The notes: a model not told the origin generated them from the sequence alone. Positions 26,267-40,892 are shown, counted from the stretch's first letter. The stretch: DNA of 48,845 nucleotides from Girardia tigrina (GCA_001938485.1 MQRK01249762.1:1-48845), one strand, 5' to 3'. Made by a program: numbers and translations.

Positions 26267-27100
26267 CAGGGTGGCGCATAACTAACTATTATTTTACAAT
26301 AAAATATCTTTTTGTATATAAATGTAATTTATTAACTCTGTCTGCAAATCTTACAAATTATAATTTTTTTGGCCATATATGAAAAGCGATGCCATATAAA
26401 TGGTCTAGATTTTCAGCTTCACAAATACGAGCTATTTGTAAGACATTTTCCATGAAAGTTCTTAGCATCTGAGGCTTTATGGAACGAATTTCCTCCTGAA
26501 TTATTGCTTAAAGTTGTTGTATAGTCCGAGGGTTATTTACGTACACATTACTATATCCTCAAAGGAAAAAGTCTGACGCTATCAAATCAGGTGGTTGTGG
26601 ATGCCATTATTCTATATAGAAACATCGCAGTCAAACCGTATATGCAGTAACACCATCTTGTTGTAATCAATGCCCTATCATATTTGCTATCTCGGACTTA
26701 ACAAAATTTCTCTATTTCTTACCAGTTATAGTAACTGCATTTCCATCAGGAATTTCAAAGAAGCGATGCTCATTACTTCTTTCTTGGGTTACTCCACACC
26801 ACACTGTAATCTTATCTGAGTGCAATTGACATGTATAAACTTTAATCTCGTATTCTGTTTATTCCCATGACCACCCGAATAAAATGGGCCTAATCTCATA
26901 ATCAAATTGTGAATAAAGTTGTTATTTTTTTCAATTTCCTTTTTTTGCAAGTCTAATGGTTGTATGTATTGCACTAATTGAACATTGATGCATATATGTT
27001 CAAAATTCTTTGAATCCTCTGCAACGACCTCTGTTTTATTCCGAGTTCTTGAGAACGTCTTTTAGTCGATTTTAGTTGGATTTACCTTAATACTGCGTCG
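26267..27100 (-). mobile_element. degraded rosa/DD41D-like element
   Basis: Terminus TA-CAGGGTG; WHPQPPDLIASDFFL*GY..VYVNNPRTIQQL..IQEEI. Confidence 0.75.
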
Positions 27101-27771
27101 TAATTTTCTCTTCTTTTGGTGTACATACTGAAAGAAACGTATCAGCAACATAACTCTGTTCTGAAAAGCATTTCATCAAATTAATCATTGATGGTTTAGT
27201 ACGAAAATGTAAAACATTAAAATTTCGCATCAAGAATGTGTTAAAATAATTGAGTGTTTTTTTGAAAATAAATTTCAATATTTTTCATTCTTTCTTCGGT
27301 CATAAATTTCTTCACGGTTCAATTTTTAAAGGTTTTACTTTGTAATTCTGAAAAGAAAATATTAAATCATGATTTCTTCAAAATCATCATATTAATAAAC
27401 AAGGCAAATTGCCACAGTTTCCAGAGTCTGTCAAACAAACGATATTTATCTCTTATCCATTTGGTTTTACTTGTATAAAATCTTTTGAAAAAATTATTTA
27501 TTACATTATATAAATTATATTATTTCTTATTTTTGATAAAAAAATCATTTAAATCCATAAATAATTTAGTGTTTCGACATAATGTTAATGACAGACTAAA
27601 AAGTATTTTAATCCAGTAATTAATTTTTTTTTATAAATGATCGTTAAAGTATATTGATATCATGTAGTTATATGACTTGAAAAACATATTTTTGATGAAT
27701 TTTTATTCTAAAATTGTTTTAAACTTTCATTTGATAATGTATTGTATAAAATCTTACAACCATTGTTTCAG

Positions 27772-27853
27772 GTTCTTCGTTCGTATGATAGACATGAGAA
27801 ACAAAGAAATTGATGTGGCTCTCCGACATTTATTATCATTTTTCCAAATACCA
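27772..27853 (+). CDS. IQSEC: IQSEC exon (Sec7)
   Basis: tttcag|..|gtaagt; FFVRMIDMRNKEIDVALRHLLSFFQIP; phase 2/0 fits both neighbouring exons. Confidence 0.9.
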
Positions 27854-30800
27854 GTAAGTATTAATATTTTTTCTCTTACCGTTTTATTATTTATATTTTT
27901 TAAATTAAAATTTTTAAATGTTTTTATACATTTATATATCCTGTCAAACAATGATTTCTCTGATTATCTTTGATTCTTAATCAAATCCTTTTTTGGCATC
28001 AAAAAACATTTTCTAAAATAAATTTAAATATTTTAAAATTATTTTTATTTTTATCATTTGACAATAGCACGCGTCTGTAATAACGTTTTAAAATTAAATT
28101 ATTGTTCCATTTACTGTATTTCATATTTATAAAGCTTTTATTGACAAATGCAGTGAAAATACATATCTTTGGAAGTCAATATAGAGTTACTAAAAAATAA
28201 ACAGTCAAAAGACAAATCGAAGAAGATAAACGCAAAAAATGTAGACATAATAAAAGAAACTTGTGAACCTTATAAACTATAATATTATCCTTTAACTCCA
28301 AGACATCTCTGAAATCTCGTCAAGATTAAATATCTGATTGCTCTGTATAGTTCATTATTGATCCTTGATCTCTGGAATTATTTTAGGATATTCCACAATG
28401 AGTTAAGTTCAGTTGTGCTGGAGATCATTTAACTTTTAATTAAATGAAATACACTACCATAAGATGGAAGTATCCAATCTTTTCTTATCCTCCATCTCCA
28501 TTTAACTTGTGAATTACAGTTCTGAAAAACTGCCAAATATAATAATCGTATCAAATTTTCGAGAATCAATAATTTCATAAAGCCTATGTGAAACGCTTTT
28601 TAATAAGGATGACTTTCATTGTTCTTCATTATTCCATTCTGTTTATTAGCTTGCTTTCTATATAAATATATGCATCTATGGAATCTAGAAAACTGTTTTT
28701 GAAGGCCTTTTACTCAATCGATTTTCTCCCAACTTTGGACACTTACTCATTTCGATAATAAAAAATGATAATGTGAAAATTTCATCAAAAAAACTTTTTA
28801 AGGTCTCAAAATTGGAACAAAACGGTCCCATCGGAGTTCCTGAACAATATTATTTGAAAAAGATCTACTTATAAATTATAAATAGTTTCTGTTACGCAAA
28901 ACAATAAATTGAAAATAAATAAAGTCCAGTAAACCGATTTAAAGTCTAACTAGTAAATCAAACAATTATTTTTTATATTCATGCTGTATGCGGGCGGAAC
29001 TCTGCTTGGCCCATAGAATTTTTTAATTTTATATAGTGTTTTTTTTGAAAATATTTTTTTAATTTAAGTTTTGTTGGCAAATTAGAGTTCTTTCTGCATA
29101 AAGAATGGATAGAAAAAATTTTTTTTTGATTTACTAGTTCAATTTAAGGATCAGTGTTTCGGTTGAATATATTTACGATTTATTTTTAAATTTATATTTA
29201 TTTGTCTTGGTAAATAAATTTTAAGTCGAATAATATATTTAACAGAACAAAATACCCTAGTATAAAGGGTTGATTTTATTGAATAGTTTTACCAATTTTC
29301 ACATTATTGTTATATTCTGCGGCTAGCAACAAATCTAGAACCAAAAAATGATTTTTTTTAGTATTTTTCTGAATATTTAACCTTCTTCCTCAAACTAATG
29401 GTAAAAATATTGTTTCGCTGATTTTGATATATCTTCTTGGTAATCCATAAAAGTTCTATCGAAAATTATAGATACGAAATAGAAGCAGAAAATTTGAAAC
29501 ATGATTCTTCGCGATTAATTAATATCTAACAAGTTACAAAATGTTTAAATATCACAAAATTTTTAAATAAATATAATTATTTTTTTCGCATACTTCAAGG
29601 AACCGTTGAATTAAAAGAAATATTATTAAGAAGAACATTAATCAACAAAGGATTCGGAGAATGTTCAGTTTTTTTTATTTCTTAACAGATATCATGTGTA
29701 ATGAATTTATATTTGTAGGATTTTCCGGCTATTTATTTTTTATTATCAAAAGGATATTAATTGCTCTTAAAATGATTGATTTCAATTTTTCGTTATCGAA
29801 AACCGAGAAATAGTGCAGCTCAATCTCTTTTTCTATCTCTCTACATTCATAACAATGTATTTTTTTTCTCAAAATGCAATATTTAATTATTTACTTTTGG
29901 TTTTCTATAATCTCTGAAATTATATTTATACAATGGTAAAACCAAATATAGTTAAATGCAAATTTGAACTTTTCTAAAAGGATGGAATCAAATTTTCTTG
30001 CGATTTGTAGCTTAGTTGCAATATCGTAATATTTGATGAGAATTGTCTAATAAACTGATCAAATCAAAGAGATATCAAAATAAATAAAATATTCATATAT
30101 ACTCATTCATGTAGAAATAATTGATGCAAATTGAGAGACAAACAATTGAAAAGAAAATTACTCAATATTATTTAATAACATTTTCTAAAGATTCTCGATT
30201 TTTTTTCAATCTTTTAATTAAATTTTCAACAAAATTGATGAAATTTCGTGCTACTTCGGTCTACATAGGAAAATGTTTACGAAAAAATAACTAATTAATA
30301 AAATATTGCAGGTAATATATCAAAAATTAATTTATATTACAATTTGAGTAAAATAATAATATTTTTTTGGTATTTTAATGCTGTTTTTATTATTGCTAAT
30401 TTCAAAATGAGTTAACATTAAATAATTATCGTAAATCATCTGATTTTTATTTTAAAGAAAAATTAAATTTCCTTAGAAATTCAGGAAATTTATTAAAAAT
30501 ATTAAAATTCATTATCAAAATAACAAATGAAGAAGTTTTTAATTAATAATGGATATATTTGCATTTGAAAATAGTCAAGAGAGCAAATTATAACGATAGA
30601 GTTTGATGAAAAGGTGACGAATGTTTCGAACATAAAAGCAATACGAATTACCTGAACAAATTGGCAATTAAGTTTTCTTAAAATCTTGAAAGGATCAATG
30701 GTCAAGTCAAGATTTTACATTCGCTGGGACATTAATCTTATGTGTGATGATTGCATACTTCGTCCTTGAGATCAAACTACATCGCCTAAAATATTGACAT

Positions 30801-31070
30801 TGATTCTGCTGGCTGGTGATCCTTTACCATTTAGTTCTACTGAACTAGTAATTTATGTGAGAACCAGTCTTTGATAATAACAGGTTGATAGACCTACCAA
30901 TTCATATCACCAAAGTTGCAATCATAAAAAGAGTCATGTAATTACTAATCGCATTTTAGTAATTGGAATTTTAAACTTTATTATTTTTATATTTCAATAT
31001 AATTGTTTTGGTAAAAGAACAATTCTTGACGTTTCAATCCCTTAAAATTATTTTCAATAATGGATAATAA

Positions 31071-31450
31071 TGTGAGGAATATTTTGAATGTTTGATGTTT
31101 TGTGTTTGAATGTGTATGTTGATTTATAAATGTGTCTCTCCTACCAAGATGGATGATTAATGTTTTAATTCTTATTATCTAAAAATATGTAATGTTTAAA
31201 TTTATTTTTAATTTAAAATAATTGTAAACTTTTAAATAAGTTAATTAGTTTTTACAATTTTTAATAAATAAATCAAATTAATATTTTATAAATAATTAAT
31301 AATCATTTTAATTTTTATCCAATAAGTTTTGAGTAAATATTTTAATCAATTATTTATTTCTCCATTTGCTAAAAAATTATAAGAATTATTTTATTAGTCA
31401 ATTTAGTTTAGACGACTTAACATTTTCTTGCTCAGTTTTTTTGTTTCATT
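31071..31450 (+). mobile_element. LTR-family fragment (TGTGAGGAAT family); right boundary uncertain
   Basis: tgtgaggaatattttg..ctcctaccaagatgga. Confidence 0.55.
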
Positions 31451-31539
31451 GCTTAATTTCTTGGCTATTGAACAAATCAATAAAAATTAATTTAAATTAT
31501 TGATAACTTATTTTAATATTCGGTATTTTTAAAAATGCA

Positions 31540-32105
31540 AAAGGCAGAAACATCAATAGTATGTTCGGATAGGTAATTTAAACTTCAATGAGGAGTCTCA
31601 TGGTCGCCCACGAATGCAGGTAGACAATGACAAACTGAAGATAACCATTGAGTCGGTCGCATCACAAAGTCCTCATGATTTATTGCTAAACGTTTGCTGT
31701 TACAAAGCATACAATATAGAATCACTTGGCTCAAGTTTCTCCCATCTTGCTCCACGACAATGCAAAACCACATACTATACTTAAAACCGTGATAAAACAA
31801 CAGGAACTTGAGTTGGAACTTATGCATCATCCTCAATACTCACTAAACCTAGCCCCAACTAACTACCACTTCTTTCTCAATTAGAATAACTTTTTAATAG
31901 GAAAATAATTCAATTCCGAAGATACCATAAAAATGGCCTATGAATTTATAGATTCGCACCCACGAAATTTTTTATTCAAATGGCCTCAACAAACTGCCAC
32001 TCAAATGCAAGTATGTCGATATTATCATTGCATACCTTGATGAATTACATAAATATTTGTATTGGTATGTGATCAATAAACTTTGTCTTTAGTTCTACAA
32101 ATTTC
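31540..32105 (+). mobile_element. degraded, internally deleted mariner
   Basis: LLHDNAKPH..LELMHHPQYSLNLAPTNYHFF. Confidence 0.8.
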
Positions 32106-33179
32106 ATATATATATATATATATATATAATTTAGTCTTTTGAACGCTAATTTGATATTTTTTGAAGGTTACAAATCATACTATTCAATGGGTTACGATAA
32201 TCAAAGTATTAGCTTTTCTAAAAGATAAGAATAAATAATAATAAAATTTTGGTAATTTCAGTAAAGCACGAATAAATTTTTCTATTTAAGAATGGCATTT
32301 TCTTATTAATAACTTCCTTTTTTTCATTATTTATATGTTCTTTGGTTTACCGAAAAATCCTTTTCGTTAATATCTTTTTCTAGTTGGATAATGTAGTATA
32401 AATTAAAATAAATGAATAAACAATGACACATTAGAAGCTTTTGAAATATTTTTCTTCTCTCTTAATTAAAAATAAACTAAATTTATATTTTTAAATAACT
32501 CTTTCAATAATGTTCTTTCTTGTGAGTTTATTGTTGAAATTCTAACAATTCTTAACCAAATAAATTTGAAATGTTATTCGACACATGAAATATATTTTTG
32601 AAAAATAAAAATGATGGGACTATAAAAAGTCAGCTTTGATTTGTTTTTGTTATGACAAAACTGAAAGACGATCAAATACTTTTGATCTAAGCAAGTACTT
32701 AGATCAAAAAAGTTTTTAAGATTTTTTTTCTTTCGAAAATTATTTGAACAATAAAGTTTCTTGGATTTTCTATTTTACGAAAACTTGAAGGATATTATAT
32801 ATCGCTCCAGCGATTTTCGATTTCAATGATGTGTTTCTTTCAATATGTTTTCTCATCTTAGAAACATTCTTTAGGCCTTTTTATCCAAAATCTAATTAAC
32901 TTATTTTATTATTATTTGATACATAATTTATTTTGTGCATAAATATGCATTACCATAGGAAACATATTTTATGAAATGTTTGTGTTAAAAAAATCGACTT
33001 TAGCTATAGCTTTAATATTTATGGTCAATAATTATTTAGAACATATTTGTTTTTTCAGTACAAAAATATTTTTTTGTCAAAAGTTGTACATTAATTATTA
33101 TTATTACTAAAAATTTTTATTAGTTAGAATTTATTGTTTAATTTTTGAATTTTTATTATATTCATTTATATTTTTCAAG

Positions 33180-33402
33180 GGTGAATCTCAAAAAATTAAA
33201 AGTATAATGGAAGAATTCCAAGAAGCATATATGGAACAAAATCAGCATTTTTGGCCTAAGTTTTTTATTAGTTCAGACACAATCATGATTTTGGCATATG
33301 CTATTATTATGCTCCATACTGATATGTATAATCCCAACATAAGAAAACAACATAAAATGTCGAAGGAAGATTTCATACGCAATCTCAGGAATGTGGATGA
33401 CG
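33180..33402 (+). CDS. IQSEC: IQSEC exon (Sec7 catalytic glutamate finger)
   Basis: ttcaag|..|gtaaac; GESQKIKSIMEEF..SDTIMILAYAIIMLHTDMYNPNIRKQHKMSKEDFIRNLRNVDD; phase 0/1. Confidence 0.95.
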
Positions 33403-33859
33403 GTAAACATTCGATACGTTAATTAATCTTCACATATAACATTGTTAAACGTTTTGTAATATTCAACCTCTATTAATCTTCAATCCTTCTATTAATCTAT
33501 CAAAAATATTTGATTTCAGAATTGCTTTCATTCGTATTAATTTAGTCTTAACAAAAATTATAAAAAAAGATTTAAATAGAAAATAAAATCAAAAATACTA
33601 ATATTTGTATGAGCTGAAAGTGTTGGAAAGAGTTAAAATAATTAATAAGTATAAATAAATAATTATATTTTAATAAAATCATTGAATTACATTATATCAA
33701 TTACAAATAATGTAAGATTATAATGCTGTATTGAAATGATTTGAGAGCAAACCACTATTAAAAAGTTGAAAAAATTCAATATACATAACAGTTTATCTTA
33801 GTTGAAAACTCTTTCATTTACATGCTATAAAATACTTTAATGTTCTTTCATGAATCATT

Positions 33860-34078
33860 TTACACCTTTAGATATGATTTAATCCATAATCCTTCAGAAT
33901 ATGGATTAGAGCATTTAAGAAGAGTATTTGTAGAACAATAAGTAGTGCTAAAGTAGTCTCTGTCACATCCAAAGTTCAAAGTTTCCTCTCAAACAAATCG
34001 AAAACAGTTTGTGATTTGCAAGCTAATCTGGTATATAAATTTAATTGTCACTGGTGTCAAAACTCGTACACCGGAGAG
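33860..34078 (+). mobile_element. Penelope-like fragment (start of GIY-YIG)
   Basis: SKVQSFLSNKSKTVCDLQANLVYKFNCHWCQNSYTGE; homologous to 16280-16410. Confidence 0.8.
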
Positions 34079-35678
34079 CAGGGATCATTTGTGCGGCCAG
34101 TGGGCATACTTCTACGTAGTATCCCTGAGAAGTAGTATCCAGATTTTACCTTTACACCCATTATAAAGTCACTAAGAGATTTTTTTAATAGCGGAGTCTA
34201 TATTTCTGCATATAAATAATCATATTTTCTTTATAAATATATAAACAAATAAACTGTTTCTTAATATTATATTAGAAAAAATTGACTGTTATTTATAATT
34301 CCGGTGTGTTAGAGACTTCTAAATTTCATTTTCAAATATTCTTATTGTTTCACTAAGTGGGTTTAGAGTAAAAATATTGAATAAATTTTTATATATTATA
34401 TATCACAGAAATAGAAACTTTTAAAAAGATTTTTATTTTTTGGAAATTAATAAACTCAAGTTTTTTCAAGTAATAAGATTTATTAATAATAATTATTATT
34501 TAATATTAACTCAGTTACATTTTCCTTAGTTTATCCTTCATTTCTAATGCTCGTTATGATCGCGCGATATTAATTATTATATTGCCATTAAAAGAACTCA
34601 TATTCTAATGGTTCATATTAGTGACTGTTTGATAATGTGTATTACTCATAAATTTTATGAATCATTTTTGTTTAAATAATTCGGATGGTGAATATAAACA
34701 ATAAACAGAATTAAATATTCATTTTTATTATTTAATATTTAATGAATTATTTAATTTTAGTTTAATAAATTTATTTAACTTTATATTTTTACCACCAGTG
34801 ACAAATAACATTTTTCAAATTTTTAATTTTTCTTCGAATTGGTCAAATTAATTTAACAAAAAACGAGTTATCGTCAGAGGAAAAGTCGATTGTGAAACAG
34901 GAAGTGCACTTAAAACACAATTTAAGTTAAATTTTTAAAATTTTTTTTGAGCCCCTTTGTGTAAATAGTGTTAATTAATAAAAAAATGTCTGTTTAGTAT
35001 AATTTTGTATGTCCAATTCGAAGATAAATAAATCGCTCTGGTTCTCGTCATTTTCTTTTCTTTGGAAGTATTTTTAAAGCTTTTCTTTAAATTTTTTGAA
35101 TTGAATGATAAAAATATTAATAATAAATTGATTAGATATCGAAATAACTACACAAAATAAGTCTACATCTTTAACAAATATTTTTTCAACAGACGGTTCT
35201 GGAATAAATTAAAAGTTTCGAAAAAATTTTTAAATAATTTAAACATTTTTCGAGGTTTAAAATTCATTTTAACTGTAATTAATCTATTTTTTGAAAGTAA
35301 TCACAAAAACCTCACAACTTTATCTATAATGAAAGCTCAGAAGTAGAGTACCGTTTAAAATAAAACCACAGGATTTAGTGATGAACGATTATACAATGTT
35401 ACTCGTGAAGCTTTTCAAAATATAATCTGTTATACATTACATAGTGAATTATATTAATTTTTTAACTTTTACTAATATAAATATCAAAATTACTTTGTAC
35501 ATTAGCGAGACAAATCGCAATTTATAAGCACATTCAATTTGGTAGACAAAGTTTGTAGATCATAATATAATATAATTATAGAATGTCAAGGAAATTGCAG
35601 TTTCAATAAACATATGATAATATTTTTTCTATAATCTCAATCCATATTAAGATATGATAATTTTTGCAGTATTACTAA

Positions 35679-35897
35679 CACTAGAACAACGAAGCGGACA
35701 TTTTTGATCACAATGCAATTTTAAACCATACCTATTTTAAGACGAGATCTCAATTTGACTTGACTTTATCAAGCTTCTATCCATATTGTTAAGATCTAGC
35801 CAAGTTCGGGAAGTCACAAGAAATAATATCGATAAAAATTATTGTATTGAAATGGGCGTGGTTTAAAATTTAAATTGACCTCTTGGTTTTTCTAGTG
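35679..35897. mobile_element. 219-bp MITE, possibly piggyBac-like
   Basis: Termini cactagaa / ttctagtg with flanks ctaa / ttaa; internal inverted ttttaaacca / tggtttaaaa. Confidence 0.5.
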
Positions 35898-37329
35898 TTA
35901 ATTAACAATCTTAAACTATTCTTAAATATACGAAGTGATTTTTTATATTTTCATTTAAGAGATGTATAATGTTATAATTAATTACCATCTAGTACCCATG
36001 TAGTATATATATATATATACTTGTGTTAACACCGGAAGTGTACATATAAGGCGGATACATAATAATTTTTACAAGTATGAACTGGGCACTTCTCGATCAG
36101 TTAGAGAGGTTTATATATTGATCTTTGATTGTACTTTTCCAATACCGACTATCCTAACACGCGAAACATATATTTCATTATGATTTGTGTTAAGTTATTA
36201 CTCTTATCATTAGATTTTTACAATCAAACTATTTAAATATAATTTTTTGCGACTCTTTCGTTTTAAAAATGATTTATCTTTAAAATTTTCATTTTATATA
36301 ATAATTATTATATTATTTAAAACCACACTTAAATTATCAATTAGTTAACGATTTTGAAAACAGATGTAACAAAAGCTTTTTATTTTATAAAATAATATAA
36401 TTGCATTTATATTAATATAAATGCATTTCGTAAAACAATTTCTATTCCAAAGAGATGCAACGAATGACTCGATCTTCATTGCAAAATATGAAAAAAATAA
36501 ATTATTTATCGTTAAATAATATTAATAAAATTATATTTTTATCAGTCATTTAATCTTCTAATGTTATTGCATATACATTGATGGAAATTATCACGAACCT
36601 GAGACAAAATTTGCATATCATTAAAAACCAGCACGTACATATCGGTATTGTTCCAGTAAAAAACTTATCAAACCTTTCTAAAAATATCCGACATTTGTTT
36701 TATGTTTATCTTTCTTTATATTGTTAAATGATGTTGCATATGTTTATTTTAGAATTTTATTTTTGTCTAAAATTATTTAGTACAGTATCGGTGTAAATGC
36801 CGAGACATTAGAATTAATTTCAGCATGAATCCCAGAAGTCTGAAATTACAATTATGGCATTAAGACAAATAACAAATAATAAATAATAACAATTTTAATA
36901 TTCTATTTTCAATCTCCAAGACATTGAAATTCATACAATGTGTATTTATTTAAGACATTCTACATTGAAATCGATGACAATGCTTGAAAAAAAATTGATA
37001 ATGTACATAGGCTTCATTAAACAATCAGGATATCAGTCTTCAAAAATAGTTTACTCACAGAAAATGTTTTTACCTCGACACTTGTTAAAGGTATAATCCT
37101 AAGAATTTTGTACAGACTTTATTTGACTGACTATGCGGAGAAATTCGAGTTATGTTCCAATTCGACTCCCCTTGTTGCATTCTTATTTAACCCTATGTCG
37201 AATTTCCTATAGGATCACTTCTATTTTTTCAGTCATTGATGAATTTAAATTATTTAACTTAGCTATTGAGTATATATTTAATCGTATTTCCACCACAACT
37301 CCGATATTATACTGCTTAAGATAACGATG

Positions 37330-37590
37330 TTAACCATTCTGTCAAGCGAATCGGCAATGCAGTAGACCAATCATGTTAGAAAATTGACTTTCGTTCTGTT
37401 AATTCATAATGGGAACCTAACAGCGCCATTTCCAACTGACAAAGCGTCCTTTCCCTTAGAAAGCATATTCAATGACTTTATAACTCGAATTAATATGAAT
37501 AGGTTGCATTGTGAATCATTGCTGATCAGACACTATAACCAATTAATTAATATCCAAAATTGTAAAATAAAGCGACCTCAATATTAAATA
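37330..37590 (+). mobile_element. Penelope-like GIY-YIG C-terminal fragment
   Basis: NRLHCESLLIRHYNQLINIQ resembles TESLLIKHYKPSLNVQ at about 16570-16620. Confidence 0.55.
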
Positions 37591-37789
37591 TCTGCACTAT
37601 ATATAGAATATAAAGTAATAAAAACTATCAATAATAATAATAAATAAACTAATAATTACTATCCAATAAAATTTAGCTTTAATAAAATAATATTTTTTTG
37701 GTTTTTATATATACTAAAATTTATCAAAATATCAAATTTGGTAATTGAAACGTGTTCAACATGAATCGGCCATCTTCCAGGGATCTAGT

Positions 37790-38350
37790 GGTGAGGAATA
37801 TTTTTAAATAGTATGTGAATGCCATATGTTGATTTGAATATGTTGAACCTAGAATGGTGATTCTCCCACCCAGATGGACACGGTTATTTTTTTGTATTGA
37901 CGGTAATTGACTTTTCGAAAGTAATTAAAATAATAATAATAATTGAAATCAAATTTAATATTTTTAAAAAAAGAAAAGTATTTAAATGAATATAAAATAA
38001 AATAATGAAATTTAAAATATTTTAATTAAAAGATATTTCTGTAAGTTTCGAAAATTTTAAAGTATAGTTTTTTTTAATATATTTGTGTCTGAGAAGTTTA
38101 ATATAATGGAATTTAAATTCAATTTTCACAATTTGATAAAATGTTTTTTAGTTAGAGTTCTTATATTGAAATGGTTAAAATTAGTAATTTTAATAAATAT
38201 TTTTGGACATGGAAAAACAGTAATAAATATTTCAGAAAGATTTAAAAATATTGTTCGAATAATCATTATTATAAAGACAGAAATAAAACCAAATAGAATG
38301 ATATGAATGTGACACTAATAAATATTCTAATAATGCTCAATGCTCTTAAC
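37790..38350 (+). mobile_element. LTR-family copy (TGTGAGGAAT family)
   Basis: gtgaggaatattttt..gaatggtgattctcccacccagatgga; colinear with 48120-48540. Confidence 0.65.
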
Positions 38351-40168
38351 ACCAATGATGACTTTGAAATTGATTTCAAGGGTCGAATGACTTCCTTTAG
38401 TAATTTTTCGATTGTAATTTTGTCCTTGTCTCTATTTCTTGATAGGCATCCAGATTTGTTAGTTCTTCAATTCGAATTAAATTTTGAAAATTCACTTGAC
38501 TGACAATATATTTTTATTTTTCTGTAAATAATTTTTTTCTCTTGAATCGAACATTCTTCTATATTTGACAATTATTTTTCGAATGTCTTATTTTGTCGGT
38601 TTCGATATATCTGTGCTAATTGAAACTTTTGATGTATATAAAATAACAATCTTTAAATGTACCCTAAAAATACTTAGCTGTTTTAATAAAATATGTTATA
38701 TGAAAAAAATTGAAAGAGTTATTAATTTTATTGTTCTGGAACTAAACGATCCATAGGAAAACAAGATAGGTACTATGAACAACTTTATAAATTTTCAAGG
38801 TTGTACAAATATTGGAATTAATGTATGATACATAAACGAAAAAATAGTATTAAAAAACTCCTTTTATTAACAAAACGAAGCATTATTAATCGGGTAATTT
38901 ATGCTTTACAGAGGCAAATAGGACTACAGGTTGAAATTGGTTTAATTTAGTAATGTGACTGGAGTCTCCATGTGCTGTCTGCATAGATAGAATTCAATTC
39001 ATTCTCTTCGGCTGTTTCTTTTCGTAATTATTTTCATTCAGCTGTACTTTTATAGGAATATTTTTACATTGAAGTGTATAATATATTATCTACTTTGATG
39101 ATCTTTTCCGTTTCATGTGTTATTAATAAAAATTAAAATAAACAAAATTATCTGGATCAAAAATTATCAATCTCCCATAAACAATAAATAAGTAATCATT
39201 CTTGTTTATAAAGTATTTTTAACATTCATTTAATGTCTAAGTTCTTTTTATTATTTTACTTTTTTACACTCTATGTTACCCCAATAAATCTCGTTATAGC
39301 TTAAATTTTAAAATGATTTTATGTTTCATGGTAAGCATGAAGATGAATATATCCACGTATTTAATATTAATGTTCTATTCAAATAAAGATAATAAGAATG
39401 AAAATTATCAGATCAAATAATTAAGACATCAATTAAACTGTGTATGACAGGAGACGAGTATATCAATGTAACTTTTCTCTAGTAAATACAACCGAATAAA
39501 GGATTGGCCAAAAAATAAAATACTCTTCTCCCATTCTTCAGACTCGTAGCCATATTTGTAACAGAAAGTGAGACTTCTTGTACTCTGAAGTCCATTCAGA
39601 AAAGGGTTATTTGATGGCCAAGTAACAAATAGGTCTTAACTTTGTACCTAAGTAAACTCGATAGAGGATTTGAGGGTAATATTAAAAAGGGTGTACCTCA
39701 TATCCTGTTTCAATCGTAAGAGGTTATCCATCATGTTTTTAAATGATGATAAGATAATCCAAAAGTTTAAGAAACCATTTTCAGTTTGTATGATTTCATG
39801 GTTCCCCGTATTTCCCTCCTCACACGTTCATGGTAGCTATTTAGTCCACTAGAGTTGAAAAGGAACATTTTGTGATTCTAAATCTGTATTAGGTGTACTT
39901 TACTTTAAACAAACAATTAAAATTATCGTTTGCAAATTTTAGCTAAACAGTTTTTTAATATCAGTATGTACTACATTTGCATAAGACTGCAAATATTGTT
40001 GCAAGAAATCTATTTTGCAGTACCTGTTGGATCTTTATAGCTCCTGTATTGAGTTACTTTAGATAATCTGTCGTATATCAATACATTTCTGTTTAATCAT
40101 TTTTTTCAAAAAATACTTTTATAAACAATGAGAAAAGTATGCAATTATTAATATTTGTAAATCTCTAG

Positions 40169-40353
40169 GTCAGGATATCGATCAAAATATTTTAACAGCA
40201 ATGTATGATCGAATAAAAGCTGCTGAAATGAAAACATTTTCAGATCATACTGATCAGGTTCGTAAAATAGATCAACACTTCAGTGGTAATCTTCGCCCGA
40301 GGAATCTGATTCAACCCCATAGGCGATTAGTCTGTTATTGCCGATTATTTGAG
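40169..40353 (+). CDS. IQSEC: IQSEC exon (end of Sec7, linker, start of PH)
   Basis: ctctag|..|gtgaaa; QDIDQNILTAMYDRIKAAEMKTFSDHTDQV..PHRRLVCYCRLFE, a hallmark of IQSEC proteins; phase 1/0. Confidence 0.96.
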
Positions 40354-40529
40354 GTGAAATTTATATTAAAAATTAGTATTTCATAAATTGCAGATTTATA
40401 ATTGAAAATATTATTCATTTACATAATGCTAGCGAGGAGAGACTGTTACAGTTTGACCTGTTTCTATTGCATTATTTAATTAAAATTAATAAGTTTTTTC
40501 AAATAAGGCCATGCTATAAGTAGTGATTG

Positions 40530-40892
40530 TCTCGAACCGAGTCAAATCGGGTTGGGATATTGACACGATGGAGACACGACAATTAAGTCTCGAAAATTAA
40601 GTTACTTAAATATTCTGGCATTTTTTTTTCGAAAATTTACTTTATTTTTTAATTTTTTTCTAAAATGTACTTGAATTTTTTTTTAATTTTTTTGAGATTT
40701 AGTAGATTTATCATTTTTTAAAATTTATTTTAAAAATTTAAAATTGTATTAAAAATATAAGTTAAAAAATAACACTGAGACTTAAAATAATGACAAAAAT
40801 TTTAATTTCTGAGACTTAATTGTCTTCATCCGTTACGCGACACAACTCGTACAAAAAACTGAAGACTCCAGTTCGACTTGACTTGGTTCTGC
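40530..40892. mobile_element. foldback/MITE-like element
   Basis: Inverted pairs gacaattaagtctc / gagacttaattgtc and gaaccgagtcaaatcg / cgacttgacttggttc. Confidence 0.5.

Noticed and set aside
28400-28620. Minus-strand WQFF..H..G.G..LPSY pattern reminiscent of a P2X7-ballast-like transposon accessory domain
   Set aside because: Needs several frameshifts and lacks key Cys residues; cannot be supported without a profile search.
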